64,000 nt of DNA from the NCBI RefSeq assembly GCF_009914755.1, contig NC_060947.1; one strand, 5' to 3'. Every line of letters starts with the position of its first letter. Position 1 is the stretch's first letter. The notes beneath the pieces are model-generated. The model had not been told where the DNA came from. It saw only the letters and a program-made list of their open reading frames with translations, and did no database searches. This document shows positions 26,180 through 39,835 of the stretch, in pieces. The stretch comes from the human T2T-CHM13v2.0 reference genome, Homo sapiens. The position numbers and the translations under genes were made by a program.

Positions 26180-26931
26180 CTGGAGAGAAATAGAACATAT
26201 ATATGGATGCACACAAGTCTATCATTGTGCTAGCACCGAAACCCTAAAAAAGGCCAGCAAAGCAGCATACATTTCTAGGATAACATGTGACAGAGGATGT
26301 TACGTGAAACCACACATTCGGTGCTAATTAGCACAGAAACTACCACGTGCTACCAATCCACAACCAGACTATCCTTCAAATGGGTCCATCCCAGTTATCT
26401 GATACTGGGTTGTCTTTATACTGTCCAGGAAGACATAATAGATCTCTTTAAAGCCAGCAGCTTAGGACCACAGGCCCAATTTCTTACCCAATGCTACCAG
26501 CTCCAGAAATTACAATGCTTTCCTTTAGGGTCTTTAGAAGACTGCTGTTTTAATGCCCCAGCAAGAGCTGGTGCTATAGGCATAAGGTGGTGTTAAGGAG
26601 CTTCCAATAATGACCAGAGCCAAAGTAAATCAAAGACCCGGGGCCCAACGGTCTCAGGTCAGCTTTCTACTTCAACATTTCACCTGTGCCTAAGTTTTCT
26701 GGTTGGGATCTATATCATTTCATAGTACATGGCATCCTGGCCCTGCCCCCACCCCTCTTTTAATACAGTACAAACACATTTACTGAGCATCTACTAAGCA
26801 TATCACCCATGCTCCTCTGCAAAGCAGCCAGCATTGAGGCAAGGATCTAAAGTACTCACCCACCCACACCACCTGGCAAGGGTTTGGTTCAGCGCCGCAA
26901 CAGGGAAATGCTGGGTGATCTGCCTCCCTAC

Positions 26932-27080
26932 CTGCATCTCTTGTGAACTGAGCACCTCAGGCTGCCCAGCAATCACCACTGAGTCGGTTTCAGCCTCCCC
27001 ATCCATGATATCCCCATCTGCCACCTCTGTCTGAGTGACATCATGATCCTCCTCCTGCACTTCTGCTTCCCCAGGCTCGC
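26932..27080 (-). CDS. HUWE1: HUWE1 exon [12 protein letters not shown]...SSQEMQ
   Basis: ORF 26803..27093; GT-AG flanks. Confidence 0.92.
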
Positions 27081-27424
27081 CTGAAACAATCAACCAACCA
27101 GCAAAATAATCAAAGAGTGCCTATGTGCTGGGCACCATGAGGCAAGCGCAAAGACAATAAGGTCCCTTCCTTGGGCAAGTTTGTAAGTTCTCAGAGAATA
27201 AACGAATGGGTGACAAAGGAAAAGACAAGGCTACGTGTGAGGATAGCCAAACAAGGCTGCATTTTGAAGGAATTCTTTGTGGGGCAGATTCCCACGCCAC
27301 TATGACAGATCTCTGGAAGGCCAGCAAGTTCCCAGGGAAACACCACCAAGCCAGAACAGTTGTGATCCCAGGCCCATAAAGCAACTACTCCCACCTCTCC
27401 AGTCCATTGGCTCTGATTCCCTAC

Positions 27425-27597
27425 CTGGGTCCTGCTGGTTGCTACTGGAATCTTGAGAGGCTCCTTGGGCATCCTGCTCAGACTTGTTCTTGCTAGAAGC
27501 ACTCTTGCTGCCAAAAAGGCTACTGGGCTGGTTCACAATCCGGGAAAGTGTTTCCAAAGGCTTCAGAGCAGCATTGACTGTGTTGGCCATGTTGGGA
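27425..27597 (-). CDS. HUWE1: HUWE1 exon [20 protein letters not shown]...NQQDP
   Basis: ORF 27300..27590; GT-AG flanks. Confidence 0.93.
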
Positions 27598-27959
27598 CTG
27601 AGATAAGGGAAGATAAAGAGATGGACTGAGCACAGAAATACTAGGTGTCTATCTTCTAAATGACACTAAGCTTCTTACAATGGAATCTACTAAGAGAAAA
27701 GGGGCATAAGGTCGTACAACTAACACTCTACTTTTGTTTAGAAAAAAAAAATTTTGACTTAAATGTCTTCAAGGAACCCACCCTAAAAGCAAGAGTTAAA
27801 TCAATGCCATATTTCATGGGGCCATGGAAAGCACATGAGTAACAAATTCTTGACTGGAAATCAGAATGTATTCTGGATGACCACATGCAAGCAAGCCACT
27901 TCTCGGATGTACTCAGGATTTTTTTTTTAAACCACCAGCATTTAGTCCCCAAACCCTAA

Positions 27960-28248
<289 letters not shown>

Positions 28249-28440
28249 GATAACAGTTTGAAGTCCTGTGAATTTCAAATTATACTCTGTAGGGCTTCCT
28301 AGAGTTCAATAAAAGTACAATAGGGGCTGCAGTTGGAGGTGTGGTATGATTTCTAAGTGTAATAAGGTGTGTGAGACCAACCAGGTGCCCACTAACACCA
28401 GAGCAGCTCTGCTTTTATCTGCTTTATGTGTGTATTTATG

Positions 28441-28466
28441 TGTGAGTCTATGTATGTATGTATGTA

Positions 28467-28525
<59 letters not shown>
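28441..28525. repeat. (TATG)n(TG)n(TA)n compound microsatellite
   Basis: direct reading. Confidence 0.95.
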
Positions 28526-28527
<2 letters not shown>

Positions 28528-31051
28528 TCACTAGTAGTACCAAGATGGCAGTCTCTGATATCACATCACACTAAAAGTAACCAAGACTCGTCAGAACAAG
28601 TGATCCCAGGAATAGGGCAAGGAAGGGATAAGGTAAGCCTGGGATATCTCATTGTGCCAAAAAGCTTTCAAAAATTAATGGGACAGCTGGGCGTGATGGC
28701 TCACACCTGTAATCCCAGCACTGTGGGAGGCTGAGATGGGAGGATTGCTTGAGCCTAGCCTGAGCAACATAGTGAGATCCTGTTTCTATAAAGAGGAAAA
28801 ATAACAACAAAAATGGGGAAAAAAAATTAATGGGATCATTACCACAGGCCCAGCTGAGTATCAGAAAGAATAATGATAGTAATGGAATTATTCATTACAA
28901 AGTGGAAATCTAACAGAAACCACCCTCCCACCTCAGCCTCCCAAAAAGCTGGGACTACAGGCGTACATGTCCAGCTAATTATTGTATTTTTTTGCAGAGA
29001 CAGGGTCCCACTATGTTGCCCAGGTTGGCCTCGAACTCCTAGGCTCAAGTGATCCACCAGCCTCGGCTGTGATCAAATTTAGCATCACAAGTATTGGGAC
29101 CAAGTGGTATTCACCTGTCTCCTGACGTGATGTGAGAAGGGCAAATATCACCCATGTAGTATTTTTGCCAAAAATGTTTAACCTGACCCTAACCATTAAG
29201 GGAGCAATTACATCAATGTAGACTGTGAGATGTTCTATAAGACATCAAGCCTGGATTCATCAAAACAGGAAAATGTCATAAAAAAAAAAAATGTGACAAC
29301 CAAATGCAACATGTGATACTCACTGAATCCCGGATCAAAACACTCTCCCTCAGAGTATAAAGACATAATTGAAATAACTGGGAGTATGTGTATATAAAAT
29401 TGTATAAATTTAGTATTATTATATTATTGGTAAATTTTTTGGATATGACAATGGAACTGTACCCATATAAAGGAATATTTGTTCTTAGGAGACAGATGAT
29501 CAAGTACTTAGAGGTAAAGTTTTACAGTGTTTTCAACTAATTTCAAATGATTCAGCTCCTGAAAGGACAGGAAGGGAAGAAATAAAGCAAAATGTTCAGC
29601 AGTGGTTAATCTAGGTAGACACATGGTGTTCATTACAGTACTGTGAGTTTGACATTTATAAATGTTTCAAAAAATTGATAGGTTTGTAGCAAAAGGACAA
29701 TTTAGTCATCTTGAAGGGGCCACATAGGTCAAAGGTGTAATAATTTGAGCATGAAAAAGTGACTGCAGTGATCCAAATAAATTCAATCACTAGTTTCAAA
29801 ACAAAACAAACATGAAAAGTCGAGTCCATAATACGACTTAAAAATAGAAAGCCAGAAAAAAACCTACATTTGAATCTCAAATGTAAATAGAAAGAAATTA
29901 AGTTTTTATACTGCCTTTATAATAGAAATTATATTTTAGCACAACCAGACATTCCCTGTGAGGCTAACACAGAAAAATGCCAGTTAATAATGTATTCGAA
30001 ATGAGAAATTAGAAAGCTTTTATTCATAAGCCTCAAAGAAATTAATTGATCCAGGCAAGAATTATCAACTGATGTTAAGGCTATTATTTAGGTATATGAT
30101 TGATAGTGTAGACATTTGTAAAGTGCCAAAATAACAACAGAGATGACTTTCTAGTAAGAACAAAAAGTGACAATTATCATGGGAGATGTGTCTCCCATGA
30201 TACAATATGAGCTATACATCACCTAGGCTACACATTTCAGCCCAAAATGTTTAAACTGCTTCAATAAGCCTCTAAAGCCTCTAGATCTAACTAGAAGTTT
30301 ACAGAAAATATCAGGAAGTAAAGGATTAAGTTAAACTACACTGCAAGGAAGCAACTGCACCAAGTTTAGAAGGCAAAAACACGGTCGCTTCAACAAGCTG
30401 GAATCATGAACAACAAAAACAAAATAAAGATCGAAATAATGAAAAAAAATTGTTTTAGAATAAGAGAGATTCAGAAAACATAGCCAGATGTAATACAAGT
30501 CCTTAATTGGATTCTGGTTTGGAGAAAAATGCTTAATTATGGATTTGGGCATTAGGTAGGATGAAACTTATTTTCATAGCAAGGAAGTGACCAGTAACTG
30601 AAAATAAAAACGAAAATGCCCCAAATTTCCCCCAACACAATAGCATGTATCATATCATGTTAGTAAAGAATACATTATTTATGCATGCAAAGAAAAACAC
30701 TGAATAATAAACCAATAAGGTAATCATGGTATCTGGGTGGTAGGAATACAGTGTCTACTTCTTATTTTTACTCATCTGTATTTCTTATAATATACATATA
30801 ATCTTCTAATAAGTGGTAATTTTTAAAGTGGGGGGAAGCTTGAAAAAAAAATCACTATTATAGTTCAACTCTTGAGTTTATAGCAAGTAAGAACCAAGGC
30901 TTTAAGAAAGACAAGTGCTAAAAGCCACAATAAGAAAGACTTGGGTCTCCCACTTGTACCCAAAGTTTTCCCACTACACCAGCTACCTCCACATCATTCG
31001 TGTAGTGAGGCTGAAGAGAAGGAAAAGCCTGGGGCTGGGGCATGATTTTAC

Positions 31052-31234
31052 CTGGACAGGTCTAAGCTGTGAGGTACTCTGGCCAGGTCATTAACCAGTC
31101 CCTTCTTCAGGAAAAGCCGAATGATGTTGTTCATGCCATTGTGCTGGGTCTTCGCTGTGGCACTGCTGTAGAAGCTGGAGGTGGAGGGGCAGGACTCCAT
31201 GATAGTACTGATGATACACATCACTGCCTGAAGC
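31052..31234 (-). CDS. HUWE1: HUWE1 exon [17 protein letters not shown]...VPHSLDLS
   Basis: cccag|G ... AG|gtaaaa; open frame. Confidence 0.92.
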
Positions 31235-31403
31235 CTGGGAGAGAAGTTTTGACATCTCTATCATATGAATATAGCCATTTCTCAGGCCAAGTCTTCACAA
31301 AATAGCCTCAGATAACCCTCCTGTAACTTTTGTATTTCCTTCTGGAAATAACATCTAAACAAACAGGTGAGAACACACTCCCTAAGGTGATAGCATTCGT
31401 TTT

Positions 31404-31685
31404 CTCTTTTTTAGACAGGGTCTCACTCTGTAGCAGGGTGGAGTACAGTGGCGCAATCTTGGCTCACTGCAACCTTCCTGGGCTGAAGTGACACTCCCAC
31501 CTCAGCCTCCCGAGTAGCTGGGACTACGGGAGCGTGCCACTACGCCCAGCTAATTTTCTGTAGAGACAGGGTTTCGCCATGTTGCCAAGGCTGGTCTTCA
31601 ACTCCTACTCCTGGGCTCAGGCAATCCACCGGCCTTGGCCTCCCAAAGCGCTGGGATTACAGACGTGAGCCACCGTGCCCAGCCC
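31404..31685 (-). mobile_element. AluJ-like element
   Basis: Alu consensus in reverse orientation. Confidence 0.88.
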
Positions 31686-31975
31686 CTACTTTAAATAAAA
31701 TTTAAAATATAAGATCAAATAACCTGCTCAACTTCCTTGAAGACCTTAAAAGTACACTTAACATTTCCCTTTGTTTTCTCTAGGTTTACCCACTTACTCT
31801 AATGGTAATCAGTGCTCTGGCTATTTCCAACCGCCAGAACTATTTGAGCGGACCAGAGAGTATATGATGCCAGTATGACAAGAAGTTTTGTTCAAGTGCA
31901 AAACCACCCATGGACTAAGAAGAAGAATAAGGGGATGTTCTTGGCTATTAGCCCTGGGACAGGTATGAATCTTAC

Positions 31976-32187
31976 CTGGCATGTTTCTCTGTACTCTCAG
32001 CCATAGCCAGTGCCCGTCCAAGGGCTGCTTTTACTTCATTCACTAGGGCCACCTGGGCATCTGTGCCACTCCCTGCAGCAGCCAGGCTTGCGAGGAACAG
32101 GCGGGCCAAGGCAGGGGTGTCCTTGTCTTCTGCATTCTGGGTATGTGGGAGCAGGTGGTCCAGAACAAAAGCTAGCACACTGCAGTC
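31976..32187 (-). CDS. HUWE1: HUWE1 exon [14 protein letters not shown]...STEKHA
   Basis: ORF 31972..32199; GT-AG flanks. Confidence 0.93.
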
Positions 32188-33689
32188 CTGAAAAGTCATG
32201 AATCACGACATTTACTTACAAGCACAATTATGCCATATCATTTGCACAGGACCAAAGATACACACACACATAGTATTTCCTTAAGTCACCCAATGAGTGA
32301 TTATTAGGTCCACTTTATAGATGAAGAAGCCAAGGCTCAAAGATACAAGCAAGTAAGGAGCAAACCCAGATTTTAGAAAACTTCCAAATGCCACCCATTT
32401 CCCACTGCACAGCTTATACACTGTTATGTAGATGTCATGTATTTTTAAAAACATTTTTTAAAAACTTTATTTTTATTAAAATGTTTTTAAGAAGATGAGG
32501 TCTTGCTATATTGCCCAGGCCAGAGTACAGTGGCTATTCACAGGCATGATCATCGCACACCACAGTCTCAAACTCCTGTGTGTGTGTTCTCACACCTCAG
32601 CCTTCCAAGTAGCTGAGACTACAGGCATGTGCTATTGCACCTATCTTAAAATATTTTCACATGTGATATTTAATAGAACTACTTACAGCAAATCTATAAA
32701 TAGATAAGTATTTTCTCATTTGATAAGCGGTAATCTGAAGCCCCCTAAAGAAGTGGCTTGCACAGAAGAATTTAATCAAGGGCTGAGGATTCAAACCTTG
32801 ATTCTTAATTAAGTGCTATAAACCCTTCAGTGTTCAATTAAATTGAAATTATTTACTGACACCTACAATGTGCCCAGGACCCTGTGCTACAATAGAAGCT
32901 GGTAAGAGCTGAGCAAGAGACAGCAGAGTCACAGAAACTAATATGCAAAAATATTTAATGCAAGGTTATTTAAAGTAACGAAAAAGGCTCAATAGAGGAA
33001 GGAAATTAAGTCAGACTCTTCTTTTTTCTCTAACTACAATTCCTGCCTAGACAATTCCTTATCTTAGAAACAAATTCTATTGTCATTCAAGCAAATTTTG
33101 GATGAAAATACACTGAACATTTTTGGAACTACATAGGTGACAGTTGCACAACACTGCGAATGTACTAAATGCCACTCAACAGTACACTTTAAAATGGTTG
33201 ACTTTATATAAATTTTACCTCAATAAAGAAAATGCATTGAATAATTTGAGAGTCTGAGAAACTGAATAAAGTGACCTTGTCAAAACAAAACAATTAGAAA
33301 TAACAATTAATTTCCCAGTAGTGAATACATACAAAGTTAAAACTATTTTCTCAATAACCACGTAGAAAGGACTTAGCTTTGGAATCATAGCCCTAGCTTC
33401 CAATTTTAGCTCTGCTACTCTGTAGTATGGTCCCAGGCAAGTTACTTACCTCTTTGAGCCTTCTCTCCTCTATTAAAGAGATCACTATCAACAACCTTGC
33501 AGTGTGGAGGTGAGGATTAACAATAGTATTTATAAAGCACTTACCAGTACCCAGTACTGGTAGGACACTGGACACATATTAGGCAGATACTTAATAAATT
33601 TGTAATTAAATATGTTAACCCACAGGTAATACTATTATAAATTATGAATACAACTGGCATAAATGAGTTAAAGCTTTGGAATAAAGCCT

Positions 33690-34790
<1,101 letters not shown>

Positions 34791-35606
34791 AAAGTAAGAA
34801 TAGCTTTAAAAATGGCGGTTGCTTTCAAAGATGGCAACACTAGTGCCCCTACTCACTCTCAGACCCTTTTGCCACTTACTAACCATAAAATTACAATGTG
34901 ATCCACAAAACAAGGCACCCTTACGGGAAAAAATATTTGGGCACCCATTTTACATATGCGGGAACATGTGATACAGTTTCTCAAAATGCCCCACTCACTT
35001 AAAAAATCTAACCTGAGGATAATTCTGCATCAGGACACTTCATTCTTTTCCACAGCTCTACTAATGAACATTTAAGGCTTTTCCTTTATTTTTATTACCA
35101 ATACTGCTACCACATCTGGTGTCTTTGCACATGTGTGAGTACATCTGGAAGATGAACACCTATATTCTTATTTATATGGTTTATTCAACTGTCCTTTAGA
35201 CACTTTTACTTAGATGTCCCACAGATACTTCTCAAAACTCCTCATTTTCTCTTCAAACCTTCCCCACCCCATTCTATTTTCTTGTTAGATGCCAACCCAT
35301 AAAAGCAATTAAAAAAACCCCCACAAATCAAGAAACATCCTTGAGTCTTAATTTCCTTTTTCATCTTCCAAACCCAATTCTTGTCCATTTGTACCTTAAA
35401 AATATTTCTTCAACTCACCCATTTTCCTCCAACTTCACCAAGATCGTACGTTACTAGATTACTCTATCAGATTCCTAACTGTTCTCTCTGACTCCAGTCT
35501 TCCCTCTTCAATCTCCACAATGCATAAAAAGGGACTTTCAATAGAACAAATCTCATTAACTCTCTCTCTCAGTGAACCTAATGAAAAAAGGCCTAGCTCT
35601 TTCAGG

Positions 35607-35967
35607 TTTTTTTTGAGACAGAGTTTTGCTCTTATCACCCAGGCAGGTGTACGATGGTGCGATCTTGGCTCACTGCAATCTTTGCCTCCTGGGTTCAAGT
35701 GATTCCCGCAATCTCTGCCTCCTGGGTTCAAGTGATTCCCGCAATCTCTGCCTCCTGGGTTCAAGTGATTCCCTTGCCTCAGCCTCCCGAATAGCTGGAA
35801 TTACAGGTGCCCGCCACCACGCCTGGCTAATTTCTTTTTGTATTTTGAGTAGAGATGGGGTTTTGCCATGTTGGCCAGGCTGATCTCGAACTCCTAACCT
35901 CAGGTGATCCGCCTGCTTCAGCCTCCCAAAGTGCTGGGATTACAGGCGTGAGCCACCGCACCCGGCC
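35607..35967 (-). mobile_element. AluS-like element with internal 33-bp triplication
   Basis: Alu consensus plus three tandem copies at 35675-35773. Confidence 0.92.
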
Positions 35968-36109
35968 TTGCATGTCTGAAGATGCCTCTTCTCACTCATT
36001 ACTTGGGTTAGCACTTAGCATGCACAGCTTCCCAGCAGTGTCTGACACAGGCGGTACCCAAATGATGGAAGTACAGTGTAACATCTTAAATAGAAGTTGG
36101 AAATATTAC

Positions 36110-36324
36110 CTCTTTGATCAGTTCAGACTGGCCCACAGTGTAGCTGTAGTTGGCAATCAGGGTAGCAATACCAACATAGGACCTCACCAACTCTGCCAGA
36201 AGACGAAGGATAGTGGAGGTAGGCATTAAAGGTTTGCTGCCCTTGCCTTTCTGTTTGCCTTCCTCAGAGGCCCGGTCCCCTTCTTTATCTTTCTTCCCAT
36301 CTCGAGACTCCTCTGGAGTTGAAG
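36110..36324 (-). CDS. HUWE1: HUWE1 exon [16 protein letters not shown]...QSELIKE
   Basis: aacag|CT ... GAG|gtaata; open frame. Confidence 0.92.
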
Positions 36325-37514
36325 CTGTTGAGAAAAGTCAAACACTGGTTCAATTCCACACTGGAACACTGGCAAAATCAAGTCTTAGGTGGAAAAGAAT
36401 GCTATTTCTCCTCCACTTTAAGCCACCTGTACAAACTGAATGCTCTCGTGACACTGCAGTGCAAGAGCAGAGAACCAGGATAACTCAGGTCTCAGATTTA
36501 TGTGGTTACAGTACAACAGGGATGCTTTGTCCAACTATTTGTGCATCTCCCTCCATTTCCCTCCTTTTACATACTCCAGAAACACTCTACTAACAGTTCT
36601 TCAAACTTGTCTTGCTCCCTTACTTCTTTCTTCCGTCTGCCTGGCACACTTTTATCTAGTTCAGCTCAAATGCTGACCTCCTCCATAAATGCTTTCCTGT
36701 CTCATCTAGACATACTGTGAGATACTTTACATGTCCATTATATCTTATCCAAGTATGCCTTCATTCTGGCAGTTATCCTGCATTATAACTCTTGCAGGTC
36801 TCAGTCACTGGACAAAGTACTTTAAGTACAGGGAACAAATCTGATCCATTTTGGTGTCCAATATAGTCTGCCACATAGTGGGTAATGCTTCCCTTGAATC
36901 AGCACCATCATCCACGCTATACACTACATATGGCCAGTAAACCCAGTAAAATGAGTTAACCAATTATTTCACTAATGTTAGCCTTTTAAATTTATCTCCA
37001 GGAACTAGTATGATTTTAAACAAAATGTCTCCTAAATTGGATCACAAAGACCTTTCCTATCTAAGGAGAAGCAGCTCTTTAAAGGTCTCATTAGACTTAC
37101 TCCCAGGGACATTTTTCTAGTTCATGGTGAGTAGTCAATGGGCTCTGTTAACATTGCTGGAAGACAGGCATCCACCACGTAAAGCATGTAGCTAGAACAA
37201 TATCACTGGCATAAAATCTCTATAAGCCAGTTTTTAGAAACCCCCCAAATAATTATGGTGTGATTTAAAAAGTAAAACTAAAATATGTTACCACAGCAAC
37301 CATTACTAGGTTGGTTAACTTACAGTTCCATTAACTTTAGCATATAGAGACCCTTTATTACAGAACACTGAGCTCACCTGAGAAAGTTCACTTAGACCAG
37401 TAAACGTAATAATTAAGTCTGTATTCTCCTACCCCCTGCACAGGACACCTACAGTTTTTTCAAGTTGTTTTCCTAAGGAATAAGAACATGGTAGTGAGAA
37501 AAGCAAATCATTAC

Positions 37515-37581
37515 CCTCTCCTTGGGAGGTCCCAGATGCGGAAGTCTCAGTGGAGGCACCATCTGCAGCAAAGACCTGACT
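37515..37581 (-). CDS. HUWE1: HUWE1 exon SQVFAADGASTETSASGTSQGE
   Basis: ttcag|AGT ... G|gtaatg. Confidence 0.9.
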
Positions 37582-38002
37582 CTGAAGAAGAAGAAAACTC
37601 CTGAGCTATTATGAATTTCAAAAGCACCCGTCTGCAAATGGCAGAACTCCTTCCCAGGGCACTGGCTGGGAATGCCACAGATTCTCTTTGGCCAACCTTT
37701 TAACCACCTTACACCTTTATACTATAATCTGTGGGAGGCTATTATAAATACAGTGACTGGGAGACTGTGGGGGAGGCGGGGAAGGAAAGGGAAAAGAAAA
37801 AAAATTAAAGAACAGTTCTAATCCTAGGAGAGAAAAAAAAGTCTCCAGGGACACCCCAATTTTGTCTTTACAGGCAACAGATAATTTACAGATACATCAC
37901 AATTAATATCTTTGAAATTCCCCGGGGATAGCCCTAAATACTGAGACCACACAGGCATTGAAAAATGAGAAGAAAGATAAAACGCTGTTGGAATTGACTT
38001 AC

Positions 38003-38148
38003 ATTAATGGAAAAACCTGACTGCGTATCAAAGTCACTGCTCTGACGCGTAAGTGACCGGTACTGCTGGTATACATCATCACCCATGTCTTGCAGGAGCT
38101 GGCCAACCTCTTGGGTCATAACCCCAGGTTTAGGATCAGATTTATCTG
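38003..38148 (-). CDS. HUWE1: HUWE1 BH3 exon [33 protein letters not shown]...FSIN
   Basis: ORF 37934..38179; LxxxGD BH3 core (LQDMGD). Confidence 0.94.
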
Positions 38149-39259
38149 CTAGGAAAACAGTAACAACCATCAAAAACAAAATAAACCTCTTCTACAATTG
38201 GACAATGTTAAGGCCTATCTAGTCAGTCTTGGTCAATTTCACATCAAGTGGCTATGACTGTTTACATGGTGCTATTACAGATAATGTTAGAGTGCCTCAC
38301 CCTAAAATTACAAAAACTAGTCTTGTGACCACAGGCAATTAACTTAGTCTCACTTTCCTAAGCTGTAACTACAAACCTTAAGTGAACATACCTGGCACTA
38401 TTGCTCATGCAGTGGTGGGTCAATAAATGGTTGCCACAGCTATATAGCTAAACTATTTCGGGGAGGTGATAAGAGATAGGGTAAAGATTCTGGGGTGATA
38501 GGAGAACCAAGGAATTCTATATGGATCAGGGTTCTGTACAGATGAAAAGCACCAAGGTCAAGACTCAGATTTCTTTTGCTTATTAAAGGCAGCATTCATC
38601 AATTTTTGGCAATTCTGTGGACCTATCAAATAAGTATGTCCTGAATAAAATCCAGAAGGACCTTACTATAATGGAAACCTATGTTCCAAGCAAATCAATC
38701 ATGACTTTCCTAATGCTTATAAGATGCACCTTAACTAGGAATAAAGGTGGATGGGTGTGGTGGTCTCAACAGTTAGGAAACTCAGACACACCTCCTAATA
38801 TTGCCTCCAGCTCTTCAGACAATAAAAAGGTTTTGCTTGAGTATGAAAACATTAGAGACTTCCTGGTGTCTTATTTTCAACCTCTCACAGAATGCTATTA
38901 TCTCCTTCTAAATCTTTGTTCATTCTTCCCCCGTATGGTGTGTATTCTCATATAACAGAACTCTGGCAATCTCATCCATTCAAGGTTCATTTTAGAAATC
39001 ATGTACACAAAGAAATTTTCTTACCTGTGCACCCTCACTAGGTAAGGTGCCTCACCCTAAGGACTTACCACCATCCTGGTATGTCATACTATATGACTAT
39101 TAGCTTCTTCACAGACATGCAATGGGTATCTTATTCATCTTGAGCCCCAGAGTATGGGCACATAGTGAGTGCTCACTAAGCCATGAGTTGGCTGAAATGA
39201 CCCAGGCAAAGTAACATATCCTCTAGTGCCCAGCCTCCTGAGGTAGGCTAGCCACATAC

Positions 39260-39427
39260 CTTCCTCTGGAGCATGGTATGCAGCCAGAGCATTCAGCATA
39301 TCATAGATCACTTCCTTGATAGTATCAGGGATGACAGGCAGAGGTGAGGGCTTCAAAGGGGTGGTCTTCACCAGCTGTACAGCATTAGGGCCTTTAATTC
39401 TAAGATTCTCAAATTCATCATCTGAAG
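39260..39427 (-). CDS. HUWE1: HUWE1 exon [14 protein letters not shown]...AYHAPEE
   Basis: ORF 39135..39371; GT-AG flanks. Confidence 0.93.
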
Positions 39428-39835
39428 CTAAGCCAAAATGAGAGAGAAAAACCAGTCAATCATGAAGCAGTACCTAAACTAGGTTACTAATAAAGACTCA
39501 GAAGGGGGCATGTATGATATAGAAGGCTTGAGATAGGAGACCATTTTCAATTAATGTTCAAGTACTCTACTATAAAACCTGGTTTATACTTTCCTTAAAT
39601 TCCACAGGATTTAATATAGCAGTACCAAATAGTAAAGGCTTGAGTTAGAGAAAACTGGTTTTGAAATCCAGTTGTTAATTCAACAAACCTCAATTTTCTC
39701 ACTCTCCAAATTTATGTTGAGGATTAAATGAGGATATAACTGAGAAATGCCCAGCACAGGGGCAGGCACATAGCTGAACTTCCAAAATAATTTCATCCCC
39801 TTCCCAACGTTTTATTAAAAAAAAAAAAAAAAAAA

